From IMG/VR virus record IMGVR_UViG_3300049740_002155: a stretch of 64,000 bases of DNA. One strand, 5' to 3'. Of this stretch, positions 39,650 through 48,799 are shown piece after piece. This stretch comes from a virus. Its lineage: Duplodnaviria > Caudoviricetes. The notes below the pieces were generated by a model. The model saw nothing but the letters and a program-made list of their open reading frames with translations, did no database searches and was not told where the DNA came from. A program made the position numbers and the translations under genes. Position 1 is the stretch's first letter. Every line of letters begins with the position of its first letter.

Positions 39650-40174
39650 ATGAAACTTGGTAGTTTAGTTTCCGAAATACAATTAGAAAGCAAACTCGGT
39701 GATGAGTTTGCAGATATCGGTGACGAACTTGCACAAGAATTAAAAGACGAACTTGAAAACCAAGATGAATTAAACGAGGTGGTAATGAGCATCGTTGCTT
39801 ATGTAATGTTAAGCAACGGAATAATGGGACTTACAAGTAAACTCGTTAAAAGAATTAGCAAGAAATATAATTTTGGTAAGGGTCAAGTAGCCGCAGAGAA
39901 AATAGAAGCATTTGCAAAAGCAAACGATGATCGTTTTATGTATCCAATTCGTAAAGCAGTTTCATTGTTTACCAAAGATGAAAAGAAAATAAAAAAGGTC
40001 ACTCATATTCTATTTGCGATTGCTGTGCTAAGTATGGCATTAAACGCAGGTATGGAAGTATTTGATTTAATTAAAAATTCTGACTTTATGCAAAGTTCAG
40101 TTAACTCGTTGAGAACGGCTGTGGGTGGTACAAAAGTACACGCACTCGTTAGAACAATAGCAAAATTATTGTGA
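39650..40174 (+). CDS. Hypothetical virion protein
   Basis: Acidic N-terminus with QLE/LNE sites, hydrophobic segments. Confidence 0.55.
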   Translation: MKLGSLVSEIQLESKLGDEFADIGDELAQELKDELENQDELNEVVMSIVAYVMLSNGIMGLTSKLVKRISKKYNFGKGQVAAEKIEAFAKANDDRFMYPIRKAVSLFTKDEKKIKKVTHILFAIAVLSMALNAGMEVFDLIKNSDFMQSSVNSLRTAVGGTKVHALVRTIAKLL

Positions 40175-40434
40175 ACCCATACACTGAGCAAAAAATTTGG
40201 CACAACACTTATCTTCGCACTTTTTCTGCGGATACACCTGAAACCGATTTAATATGGCATCTTGATCGTGAGGACCGTGTTATAGAAGCAACTCATTATA
40301 CTGATTGGAAGTTTCAGTTTGATGATGAATTGCCGGTGTCTTTGAACAATTTAATTACTATCCCAAAAAATACATTCCATAGAATCATCAAAGGAACTGA
40401 TGATTGTACAATTAGAATTACGAAGTATGAATAA
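40171..40434 (+). CDS. Cupin-like conserved phage protein
   Basis: LIWHLDREDR...IPKNTFHRIIKG. Confidence 0.6.
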   Translation: MNPYTEQKIWHNTYLRTFSADTPETDLIWHLDREDRVIEATHYTDWKFQFDDELPVSLNNLITIPKNTFHRIIKGTDDCTIRITKYE

Positions 40435-41254
40435 AAAGTTAATTGAAATAAAAAACAAAATTACTGAGATGGTCAATAAAGGTGAACACGTAGATAAAGT
40501 AATTGAGAAAACAACTTTATATTTAAGCACGAAGGAAAAAATAGAACTAAAATTGCTATTTGAAGATGCCATGCGAACACATCGATTAAACGCAGAAAAT
40601 TGGACGCAAACAGATTTAATATTTCCATTAAGTGAGATATTGAAATCCAGATTGTTTGTATATCCAGAGTCAAGTGAACAATACTATGGATATGAACCAA
40701 GTCCACTTGAACAAAAAATACAAAGATGGAAAGAGTTGGAAAATGAAGAAGGTGGTTTGTACGCATTAATTTACAATGACATAGAAAAACGAAATAAAGC
40801 AATTTATGATTTAGCAGACAAAGTAGCAAGAAATAATCAATCCAATATTGACTTGGGAATTTTTATAAGTGAACTAGATAAGCATATTACAAGATACTCA
40901 AGTGATATAGATTTAATGTCAGGTTTACATCTTCGTTATAGTATTCCACAAAAAAATATATTAGTGTGGGATACTTTAACTTGTGCTGAAAATATAGGAG
41001 GAACAAATTCGCAAACTTTTGGTAGATACAAAATCTCTTGTAAGTTTCAATGGGAAATTCTCAATAGAACTCCTGAACCAGAGGTAGGTTATCTTCAAAT
41101 AGAAGAAAACGATGATGTCAAAAATTTAAGTGATTCGTTTAGTCCTATTTTTGTGGAAATGGTGGAAAACTTTTATGATCTTGATAAAAAATTAGATTTA
41201 CTATATAATATACTTAATGATATTAGACAAACAAACGATAGAGTCACAGACTGA
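40427..41254 (+). CDS. Hypothetical protein
   Basis: Start moved to MNKKL (40427). Confidence 0.55.
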   Translation: MNKKLIEIKNKITEMVNKGEHVDKVIEKTTLYLSTKEKIELKLLFEDAMRTHRLNAENWTQTDLIFPLSEILKSRLFVYPESSEQYYGYEPSPLEQKIQRWKELENEEGGLYALIYNDIEKRNKAIYDLADKVARNNQSNIDLGIFISELDKHITRYSSDIDLMSGLHLRYSIPQKNILVWDTLTCAENIGGTNSQTFGRYKISCKFQWEILNRTPEPEVGYLQIEENDDVKNLSDSFSPIFVEMVENFYDLDKKLDLLYNILNDIRQTNDRVTD

Positions 41255-42227
41255 ATATTTTCTATCAGAATTTGAAAGATTACTTGTTTGTGAAATAGAA
41301 TCTTTAGACAAACGAGTTCAGTATCTTGTAGACTTCGTATTAAAAAATAAAGGAAAACGACTTAGACCTTTGTTGGTTCATAGTTGTTGTGATATTAAAA
41401 CCAAGCATACATTTGATGATGCAATAAAAGCAAGTATTATTGTTGAACTAATTCACATCGCAACATTGATTCACGATGATGTAATTGATAACGCAAATGT
41501 TCGTAGAAATCAAGCAACACTTCACAGCATCACTAAAGCAAATGAAGCAATTTTGGTAGGAGACATTTTATTTTCACACGCACTTGAAATGGCATCTTCG
41601 TTTCCTGATACAATGGTATGTCGTGAAGTAGCATCGGCAGTTAAGTTGACCTGCATGGGTGAAGTAAGTCAATCATTTGCTCAATGCAACTATGACACTA
41701 CACTTGAAGAATACGAAGATATTCTGATTGGTAAAACAGGTAAACTATTTGCGTGTGCGTGTCGGTTGGGAGCAAGATTAAGTAATCAAAAAATAAATGT
41801 CGTTGGAAGTGTAGAACGATTCGCAGAAAATCTCGGACTTGCTTATCAATTATACGATGACACAGTTGATGTATTTGGTTCAGAAAGTAATGCTCATAAA
41901 ACATTAAAGACCGATTTGAAAACAGGTAAAGTAACATTGCCTGTTATATTACTTTTGCAAAGTTGTTGCGAAGAAGAAAGAAAACCAATCATAGATTTAT
42001 TTCAAAATTATGATGTGTGCAATATAGGTGACTTTGACGATAATGCAAATAAACTTAATGAACTATTTGAAGCATATTCTATCAAACAAAAATGTTGCGA
42101 CATCATTGCGAACAAAATAAACGAAATCAAAAACTGTATTGCTAACATTAGTTATTTACCAATATCAGATAGAATGAAATCTATATCAGAAAATGTTTGC
42201 AATAAAATCCAAAACACTATAGTATAA
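41217..42227 (+). CDS. ispB: Trans-polyprenyl diphosphate synthase (IspB-like)
   Basis: GKRLRP, HDDVID...RR (first DDxxD), AILVGD, GKTG.LF, YQLYDDTVD (second DDxxD), DLKTGK.TLP. Confidence 0.9.
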   Translation: MILDKQTIESQTEYFLSEFERLLVCEIESLDKRVQYLVDFVLKNKGKRLRPLLVHSCCDIKTKHTFDDAIKASIIVELIHIATLIHDDVIDNANVRRNQATLHSITKANEAILVGDILFSHALEMASSFPDTMVCREVASAVKLTCMGEVSQSFAQCNYDTTLEEYEDILIGKTGKLFACACRLGARLSNQKINVVGSVERFAENLGLAYQLYDDTVDVFGSESNAHKTLKTDLKTGKVTLPVILLLQSCCEEERKPIIDLFQNYDVCNIGDFDDNANKLNELFEAYSIKQKCCDIIANKINEIKNCIANISYLPISDRMKSISENVCNKIQNTIV

Positions 42228-42234
42228 TATTATT

Positions 42235-42666
42235 ATGACAACAGGAACTATTAAAACAAATGCTGGCTCAATGAAGATTGAGTTTTATGATAACGATGCA
42301 CCTAACACAGTGAAGAACTTTTGTGATTTGGCAAATAAAGGATTTTATGAAGGATTGAATTTTCATAGAGTGATACCTGGATTTGTGGCACAGGGTGGTT
42401 GTCCAGACGGAACTGGTGCAGGTGGACCGGGTTATACAATTGATTGTGAAACGCAAGGTGGTAATCAATATCACGATAAAGGAGTATTGAGCATGGCACA
42501 CGCAGGACCTAACACAGGAGGTTCTCAATTCTTTTTAGTCCACACTCGTCAAGCAACGCAACATCTTGATGGTGGTCACACCTGCTTTGGTAAGGTTACA
42601 GTGGGTTTAGAAGTTATTGATCAAATTCGTCAAGGTGATACTTTTAGTGTAACCATAGACGAATAA
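42235..42666 (+). CDS. ppiB: Cyclophilin-type peptidyl-prolyl isomerase
   Basis: FHRVIPGFVAQGG, SMAHAG..TGGSQFF, HTCFGKV. Confidence 0.95.
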   Translation: MTTGTIKTNAGSMKIEFYDNDAPNTVKNFCDLANKGFYEGLNFHRVIPGFVAQGGCPDGTGAGGPGYTIDCETQGGNQYHDKGVLSMAHAGPNTGGSQFFLVHTRQATQHLDGGHTCFGKVTVGLEVIDQIRQGDTFSVTIDE

Positions 42667-42761
42667 TGTTGCACGAAGCATTTTGGTATATAGGAATTGC
42701 TTTTACTTTTCTTATATTTTTGGTAGCAATTCTTCATTATTTTGATGATGAAGATGAATGA
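42666..42761 (+). CDS. 31-aa single-TM microprotein
   Basis: TAATG overlap; MLHEAFWYIGIAFTFLIFLVAILHYFDDEDE. Confidence 0.45.
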   Translation: MLHEAFWYIGIAFTFLIFLVAILHYFDDEDE

Positions 42762-42792
42762 TTTTTTTTGAACTTTATATATATTTATCGTT

Positions 42793-43089
42793 ATGGATAT
42801 AAATGAACAATTCAAATCACTAATGGAAAATTCCACGGAAATCAATGAAGCAGAAGAGGTTGACATCAACTATATGGAAAGAAAACCTCGTCTTTCTATT
42901 AAATATTGGGAAAAACTTTTCAAAGGAAAAGCAGAAACTGCGTTTGATGGAATTCATGGGTATATAGTTTTCATAAAAGTATCTGCAATACAAAAAAGAC
43001 ATGAGTCCACAACATTTGAATACTTGACAAAAGGTCCTGAGTATCGTTGGATTGAATTTGATGTCAGACACATTAAGATTGGATTCTAA
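42793..43089 (+). CDS. Hypothetical (putative virion) protein
   Basis: ATATTTAT upstream; INE sites near N-terminus. Confidence 0.55.
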   Translation: MDINEQFKSLMENSTEINEAEEVDINYMERKPRLSIKYWEKLFKGKAETAFDGIHGYIVFIKVSAIQKRHESTTFEYLTKGPEYRWIEFDVRHIKIGF

Positions 43090-43421
43090 TGAATAAAACA
43101 CAATTAAAGCAAGTTATAGAAGAAGAGTTCCAAAAACTTCTTAAAGAATACAAATACGAATTGTATCATAAGTCTTTTACTGCGGCTGCTCAAGAAGCAC
43201 GTAAAGTTGCAGAAAAGAAAGGATTTGAAATAGACGAAGAAAATTGGACAACTGAAGTTGCATTTGGTGGAAAGTATAAACGAGCAAGACCAAGTGTTGG
43301 AAAAAGTAATTCATTTACTGTCGCATTAATCAAGAACGGAAAACCACAACGCAAGCATTTACACTTTCAGGTATACGGAATGGAAAGTGGAAACTTTGAA
43401 TTAAACGCATACGTTTCTTAA
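43089..43421 (+). CDS. Putative internal-head protein
   Basis: MNKTQLKQVIEEEFQKLLKE; QVYGMESGNFELNAY. Confidence 0.6.
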   Translation: MNKTQLKQVIEEEFQKLLKEYKYELYHKSFTAAAQEARKVAEKKGFEIDEENWTTEVAFGGKYKRARPSVGKSNSFTVALIKNGKPQRKHLHFQVYGMESGNFELNAYVS

Positions 43422-43636
43422 TGTCTAAACGATGCAAAGCAAGAAATCAAGTAATTGCTGAACTTGATTTTATTGAAGGACTTACTCACAATCTTCGTGA
43501 AGTAGTAGATAATGCAGATTGGCCAAAAGAAGTTTGGGAAGCAAAAGCAAAAGTATTAAAAGACGTTCAGAATACAATCGTAGACTTTTTAAAAGATATT
43601 GACGAAGAAAACGAAAAAAAAAATAAAAAAAGTTGA
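43421..43636 (+). CDS. Hypothetical protein
   Basis: Coupled ORF. Confidence 0.55.
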   Translation: MSKRCKARNQVIAELDFIEGLTHNLREVVDNADWPKEVWEAKAKVLKDVQNTIVDFLKDIDEENEKKNKKS

Positions 43637-43697
43637 CTTTTTTTGAAATAAAGTCATAATATACATATATATATCTTATATATCACCATCATCTCCC

Positions 43698-43738
43698 AGA
43701 GTTGCCATTGAAATTCGTTTTAGTGGCAACTCTTTTTT
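43698..43738 (+). terminator. Strong hairpin terminator (16-bp stem, TTCG loop, T tract)
   Basis: AGAGTTGCCATTGAAA-TTCG-TTTTAGTGGCAACTCT-TTTTT. Confidence 0.85.
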
Positions 43739-43799
43739 ATAAACAAAATTAGTGTTAAATGTATTGATAATTTGTTTATATTCATATATATTTATTGGT

Positions 43800-44294
43800 A
43801 TGAATAAAAGTAAACTGGTTGAAATAATTCGTGGTATTGTCGCAGAAGAATGGGACAAAGATGTTGAAGTAAAATCAACAGGTGAACACGCAGACAAAAC
43901 CATAACACAAATCAAAAAAGAAATGGAAGCATTGAAAGGCAAAAAACCTTTTAATCGTGAACAATTTTCAGAACTAATGTTTGCTCTTCGTGCAAAGCAA
44001 GGATGGAAAAAAGGCAAAGGTGCAACAGGAACAACAGAAGGTATTACAATGAAGAAATCAGAATTAAAAGAACTCGTCAAAGAAGAACTCAATAAAATTC
44101 AAGAAAACAAAGCATTAAGTGTTGAAGATGCATACTATAAGTTTTCTGATGGAGTGTATGGTTTGTTAAATATGGAACATGAAAATGGTGGATACGATAA
44201 CGATAAGTTCATTAAAAAGACGTTTCGTTCTGCAAAAAAATTGTTGATGGACTTAGAAATGCATCTAAATAAAAACTACGAAGGGTGGGAGTAA
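43800..44294 (+). CDS. Putative internal-head polyprotein with two targeting-like motifs
   Basis: MNKSKLVEIIRGIVAEE and internal MKKSELKELVKEELNKIQE; ATG 43800 after ATATTTAT. Confidence 0.6.
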   Translation: MNKSKLVEIIRGIVAEEWDKDVEVKSTGEHADKTITQIKKEMEALKGKKPFNREQFSELMFALRAKQGWKKGKGATGTTEGITMKKSELKELVKEELNKIQENKALSVEDAYYKFSDGVYGLLNMEHENGGYDNDKFIKKTFRSAKKLLMDLEMHLNKNYEGWE

Positions 44295-45346
44295 TGAAAA
44301 AATCGGATATTAAACAAGTGATAAGAACAGAACTTTCTGAACTTTTATCAGAAAACACAAACTCGTTAAATCAAGCATATGTGGTTTACACAAAAGCATT
44401 AAAGTCATTTGAACAAAATGCAAATGAATTAAAAGACAAAGTAATGCTCAAAATCTATAAAGAGTTTGATAAACTTCATTTGAAAATTACTCAACATCTT
44501 GATGCTAATTATGAAGGATCACTTGATGAATCGTATGCGGATACAATGCAAGCAAATTTACCAAGAGCATCATTTGCCGAACTTGATGAAGCAGGTGATG
44601 CGTTAAAGTCTTTGTTAAAGAATACGAGAAATGATCGTGAATTGCTTAAATTATACAAAGCACACATAAAATTGACTAAAGTATTTCAAAAGCATTTGGA
44701 CAAAAATTATCCTGATTGGGATAAACGAATGGAAGAAGATGTCAAAACTATTAATGTACGACATAAAACAACCAAAAAAAAGTTGGATATTCCGGATGAC
44801 CCAGATACCATTAAAAAGTATAAGAAGTTGGGGTATACATTGTGGATTGGTTCCCGAGGAAAAAATGAATCGGTGGATGAAAGAACGATTCAAGAACACG
44901 ATAAAGCAAAAGTGTTGCAAGCAATGCTGAAAGCAGGATCAAACAAAGCAGAAGCACACGCACTTCTTAAAAAGCATTATGCGTATGTTGATAAAAAGTA
45001 TCGTGATGTTCCTGCAAGCAAAAAAGCAGAAATCATTGTAACACTTGCGGGTACTACATCCGAAGCAAAAATAAACGAAAGATCAGAATCATACCGTGAA
45101 GCAGAATTAAAAAAGGTTGCACAATTTACTGATCGCAATCAACATTTGGAAGCAAGGCATTTTGTTGCAAGAAAAGGTGGTTATGAAAAACACCGTAAAG
45201 CATATCTTGCTTTAATTGATTTACAAGATGCGTTGGGTCACACACCAAGAGGAGCAGATCAGGTTCGTTCAGATTTAGACAAAGACCTTAAAAAGTATTT
45301 ATCAAAAGATGTTGATAATTGGGAAGAAGTTTGGGGAAATCTTTAA
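44294..45346 (+). CDS. Putative internal-head polyprotein
   Basis: MKKSDIKQVIRTELSELLSE; repeated HL(D/N).NY modules; LDE/VDE/INE junctions. Confidence 0.6.
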   Translation: MKKSDIKQVIRTELSELLSENTNSLNQAYVVYTKALKSFEQNANELKDKVMLKIYKEFDKLHLKITQHLDANYEGSLDESYADTMQANLPRASFAELDEAGDALKSLLKNTRNDRELLKLYKAHIKLTKVFQKHLDKNYPDWDKRMEEDVKTINVRHKTTKKKLDIPDDPDTIKKYKKLGYTLWIGSRGKNESVDERTIQEHDKAKVLQAMLKAGSNKAEAHALLKKHYAYVDKKYRDVPASKKAEIIVTLAGTTSEAKINERSESYREAELKKVAQFTDRNQHLEARHFVARKGGYEKHRKAYLALIDLQDALGHTPRGADQVRSDLDKDLKKYLSKDVDNWEEVWGNL

Positions 45347-45693
45347 TGAAGAAATCAGAATTAAAGCAAATGATCCGTGAAATTCTTGAAGAAGATTTGC
45401 GTAACTGGTTTAAAAAGAAATGGGTCAACATTGGTAAAAAAGACAAAGATGGAAAACATCCTCCGTGTGGTACAAGTGGAGACAAACGAGGATATGCTAA
45501 ATGCGTTCCTCAAGCAACTGCCAACAAAATGACCGACAAAGAAAAAGAAAGTGCAACTCGCAGAAAACGGTCTGCCCAAAATGATGCAAATCGTGGTGGA
45601 AGAGAATCAGCAGGTCAAGGAAAGAAACCAATTAATGTCAGCACTTACACAAAACGAAGTGGAAAAAAAAGTGGAACAGGCAAAGGATCATGA
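45346..45693 (+). CDS. Basic putative internal-head protein
   Basis: MKKSELKQMIREILEE; WFKKKWVNI...PCG...AKCVP module. Confidence 0.6.
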   Translation: MKKSELKQMIREILEEDLRNWFKKKWVNIGKKDKDGKHPPCGTSGDKRGYAKCVPQATANKMTDKEKESATRRKRSAQNDANRGGRESAGQGKKPINVSTYTKRSGKKSGTGKGS

Positions 45694-46028
45694 ACGAAGA
45701 GTGGAGCAACGACTACAAAAAGAAAATAGATTGTAGTAATCCCAAAGGATTTAGTCAAAAAGCACATTGTGCAGGTCGTAAAAAACGACAAGCAGGAAAA
45801 CAAACCAAATCAAAACCTGTGAAAGAATTTATGGAAAAGAAAACAATAGAAGAAAGATTACAATTATTTTTAGAAAAGAACGTTCCCACTTCTCCAAGCA
45901 AGTGGTCATATTGGGTAGGCCAAGCAAAAAAGAAATTTGATGTTTATCCTTCAGCCTACGCAAACGGATGGGCAGCCAAGATGTATAAAGATGCAGGCGG
46001 TAAGTGGAAAACTGAAAAGAAGAAGTGA
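45690..46028 (+). CDS. Basic two-module putative virion protein
   Basis: IDCSNPKGFSQKAHC and KFDVYPSAYANGW modules. Confidence 0.6.
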   Translation: MNEEWSNDYKKKIDCSNPKGFSQKAHCAGRKKRQAGKQTKSKPVKEFMEKKTIEERLQLFLEKNVPTSPSKWSYWVGQAKKKFDVYPSAYANGWAAKMYKDAGGKWKTEKKK

Positions 46029-46216
46029 AGAAACTTTGGCTCATTTGGGCAAGAACCGTTGATCATCGTGTCGGTAAAACTGATGATGACGAACCAGATA
46101 TTCCTATATTAACTCAGAAGCAAGCAAGAGTTAGTTTAATGCTTCGGACATTCATTATTTTGTTGAATGTTATCACTTGTTTCTTTATAATTGCTAATGC
46201 AATAAGACATTGGTAA
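46025..46216 (+). CDS. Small membrane protein
   Basis: C-terminal hydrophobic helix; coupled. Confidence 0.55.
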   Translation: MKKLWLIWARTVDHRVGKTDDDEPDIPILTQKQARVSLMLRTFIILLNVITCFFIIANAIRHW

Positions 46217-46623
46217 TGACAGACGAAGAAAAAAAGATTCCTGATAATGTAGTTCCACATCCGAATGCACTTCCGTATGCAAGTGATTTGGCTGCACCTG
46301 TAATTAAACCTGATCACTCGTTAACCGGTTGGAAACACGGAGCAGTTCATTCAGCAAACAAACATTATACAGACAAATTTGATGCTCTTAAAAAGCAATT
46401 TGAAGAACTTGCGGAAGATTTCAAATGGAATGATATTATGTTCAACGCAGAGTTTCGTTTGAAACCTGTTATAGGCAATGAGTATCATTTATACACCAAG
46501 AGCAATGCAACACATAAGCATACTATTTCATTGTTTGCTCCTAATGAACGAATAGGTGGATACGACAATTATGTAGGAACATTTCGTTTGAACTACGATA
46601 ATCGTTGGGAAAAGATAAAATAA
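46210..46623 (+). CDS. DUF2452-like protein
   Basis: PNALPYASDLAAPVIKP...FKWNDIMFNAEF..KPVIG..YHLY. Confidence 0.7.
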   Translation: MVMTDEEKKIPDNVVPHPNALPYASDLAAPVIKPDHSLTGWKHGAVHSANKHYTDKFDALKKQFEELAEDFKWNDIMFNAEFRLKPVIGNEYHLYTKSNATHKHTISLFAPNERIGGYDNYVGTFRLNYDNRWEKIK

Positions 46624-46626
46624 GAC

Positions 46627-46655
46627 TTGACTTTTTATAAGATTTTTGGTAGTAT
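46627..46655 (+). promoter_or_regulatory. Early promoter (repeat family copy)
   Basis: TTGACT-ttttataagatttttgg-TAGTAT; followed by 37-aa ORF 46665..46778. Confidence 0.7.
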
Positions 46656-46790
46656 ATAAACATAATGAGAGATACAAATACTACTATAAAACCAAAAGTA
46701 AAATTAACCGAGAGAGAAAAAATCATTTTCTATTTCAAGTTCGGACCTGGTAGGTTCAAGCAAGTGTTTAATGCCTAATCAACTATTATT

Positions 46791-47003
46791 ATGGAAAACA
46801 TCAAAGAATTTATTGAATACTGCAAAGATTTCTATTTCGGTAGCAAAGCAGTTTATCCTTTACAAAATGTATCGCATCTTGATTTCGTTTATGCGTGTAA
46901 TTTAGTCGCACGAAGAACAGATATAGAGTTCGCAGCCGATTCTATTGATCGTGAACGAGTTCGTGATATTCTTGAATCAGTAGGATTCAAGCAAGTAAAC
47001 TAA
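46791..47003 (+). CDS. Conserved phage hypothetical protein
   Basis: FIEYCKDFY...DSIDRERVRDI. Confidence 0.6.
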   Translation: MENIKEFIEYCKDFYFGSKAVYPLQNVSHLDFVYACNLVARRTDIEFAADSIDRERVRDILESVGFKQVN

Positions 47004-47017
47004 TTTACATACACTAT

Positions 47018-48436
47018 TTATTTTTGTGGGGTGTCCGCTGAGTATTCGGAGTTCACCCCCTTTTTTGTGTCTATTTGCTGACCTTGCTTTCCCCACTTTT
47101 TCTGAAGATACTTACGTTCTTCTTTCCAATCTTTAAAAGGTTTTCCACGCATCGCAAGCAATTCGTCGAGACTAACATCGTTTTTAGGATTACCGTGTTT
47201 TATAGGTTCAGGTAAATCTGCATACTTTTTCATTGAATTGAATAATTCTGTGAAGTCTTTATCGTCTACATTACCAATCAAACAATCAGTAAGCAATCCA
47301 CGAAGTTTTTCATTTTGTTTTACAACATCTGCGAAACTGAAATTTTCATCGTAAAACGCATAAACAATTTTTCGCATAATTTCTATGGAGTTGTTCATTT
47401 GATCGGAATAATTTTGAAATGAAGATGATGAAAAATTTTTGGAAGAACATAATATTGAATCTATATCATCTGCCAAAAGACTTCCACTTTTTAATGCAAG
47501 AAACACTCCACTTGAAAACACAGGATCAAGAAATCCAAAAGCATCTCCTCCAAGCACCAATCCATTTTCAGCACTAAATCGATTACGATACGAGTATTCA
47601 CCGGTTACACGATACTCACCAATTTGAGTAGCATCTTTAAGATGATCCTGAATCCAAGCATTGTTTTTAATTTCACGATCAAAGATTTCAGAATGATCAC
47701 GGGTTGTTCCATTGAAAAGATATTTGTTTTCTGCTACGATACCAACACTTACTTTATTGTTTTTAAGTGGAATATACCAAAACCATCCTTTGTTGGGAAG
47801 ATACGCAATGGTAGTTGCTCCTTCATTTAAACCAGGATCACGTTTAGCATTTTCATAGTATGTCCACATCGCAATCTTTTTTAATTTAGGATCACGTTCC
47901 ATCCAACGATTTTTCAAACTTGCAAAGCAATCACGACCTGACGCATCTACAACAACATCAGCAGATACAGATTGTTTACCAAATTGCTGACTATCAATTT
48001 CAATGCCAATCACCTTATTATTTTCCTTGATAAGATTCGTTGCTTTGGTTGATTGCAAAACATTTGCTCCGTTGTCAATCGCACGATTCAAAATCATTTC
48101 ATCAAACTCACTTCGTTCAATTTGCCAAGTTGTTGATGATGGATGATCAAAGTGTTGAAAGAAATAAAAGGGTTGTGATCCTTCTCCGTTTTCTTTTACG
48201 AACTGAACACAATACTTTTTAGGATTTGCACTTTGCATTAAAGTATCTACAAGTTTAAGTCGTTCCAACGGAAAATAACAAAAAGGCATCAACGACTCAC
48301 CAACATGGTATCGTGGGAATTGCTCTTTTTCAACAATCAATACATTGTGATTATTTTCAGCAAGTAACGCACCTGTGGTTGATCCACACGGTCCTGCTCC
48401 AACTATTGCAACATCAAACTTTTGTGCGAAATTCAT
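47018..48436 (-). CDS. Flavin-dependent halogenase-like FAD oxidoreductase
   Basis: GAGPCG (GxGxxG), PRYHVGESL, GWFWYIPL (WxWxIP), GDAFGFLDPVFSSGV. Confidence 0.85.
   Translation of the reverse strand: MNFAQKFDVAIVGAGPCGSTTGALLAENNHNVLIVEKEQFPRYHVGESLMPFCYFPLERLKLVDTLMQSANPKKYCVQFVKENGEGSQPFYFFQHFDHPSSTTWQIERSEFDEMILNRAIDNGANVLQSTKATNLIKENNKVIGIEIDSQQFGKQSVSADVVVDASGRDCFASLKNRWMERDPKLKKIAMWTYYENAKRDPGLNEGATTIAYLPNKGWFWYIPLKNNKVSVGIVAENKYLFNGTTRDHSEIFDREIKNNAWIQDHLKDATQIGEYRVTGEYSYRNRFSAENGLVLGGDAFGFLDPVFSSGVFLALKSGSLLADDIDSILCSSKNFSSSSFQNYSDQMNNSIEIMRKIVYAFYDENFSFADVVKQNEKLRGLLTDCLIGNVDDKDFTELFNSMKKYADLPEPIKHGNPKNDVSLDELLAMRGKPFKDWKEERKYLQKKWGKQGQQIDTKKGVNSEYSADTPQK
47028..47066 (+). terminator. 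Possible terminator for + strand genes, overlapping the halogenase 3' end
   Basis: GGGGTG...CACCCC stem with T6 tract. Confidence 0.45.
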
Positions 48437-48528
48437 TCAAATACTATAAAGTATATAATAAGCACCTGCAACAATTAAACAGATTGTTATTAATAATGAA
48501 ATGATGCAATTTAAACTCACATAAATAA

Positions 48529-48720
48529 TTACTTGTTAGAGCAAGGAAATCTTCCATAATTTCCCATTCCGTCATAGTCCATGACGTCTCCTTTATACTC
48601 ATTCAGAGTTTCATAGGTAATTGGTTTTGGTTGCTCCTTCTGTTTCTTTGGACTTTTTTTACGACCAATGAGGTTCAGAAGTTTCGTTGTGATATTGATT
48701 GATAATTCGAACGGGTACAT
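48529..48720 (-). CDS. Small hypothetical protein
   Basis: 63-aa ORF; YDGMGNYGRFP tail. Confidence 0.5.
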   Translation of the reverse strand: MYPFELSINITTKLLNLIGRKKSPKKQKEQPKPITYETLNEYKGDVMDYDGMGNYGRFPCSNK

Positions 48721-48748
48721 AATTTATATTTCTATTGTTAAAGGAGAA

Positions 48749-48779
48749 GACGGGAGAAGTCTTAACCACTTCTCCCGTC
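48749..48779. terminator. Perfect 12-bp hairpin (probable - strand terminator/processing site)
   Basis: GACGGGAGAAGT-cttaacc-ACTTCTCCCGTC. Confidence 0.65.
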
Positions 48780-48799
48780 CTAAACCACTTTGTTACCAA

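Noticed and set aside
43676-44092. Track ORF 43676..44092 (-) and the other antisense or alternate-frame ORFs nested in larger genes
   Set aside because: They are shadows of well-supported overlapping genes and have no motifs or start signals.
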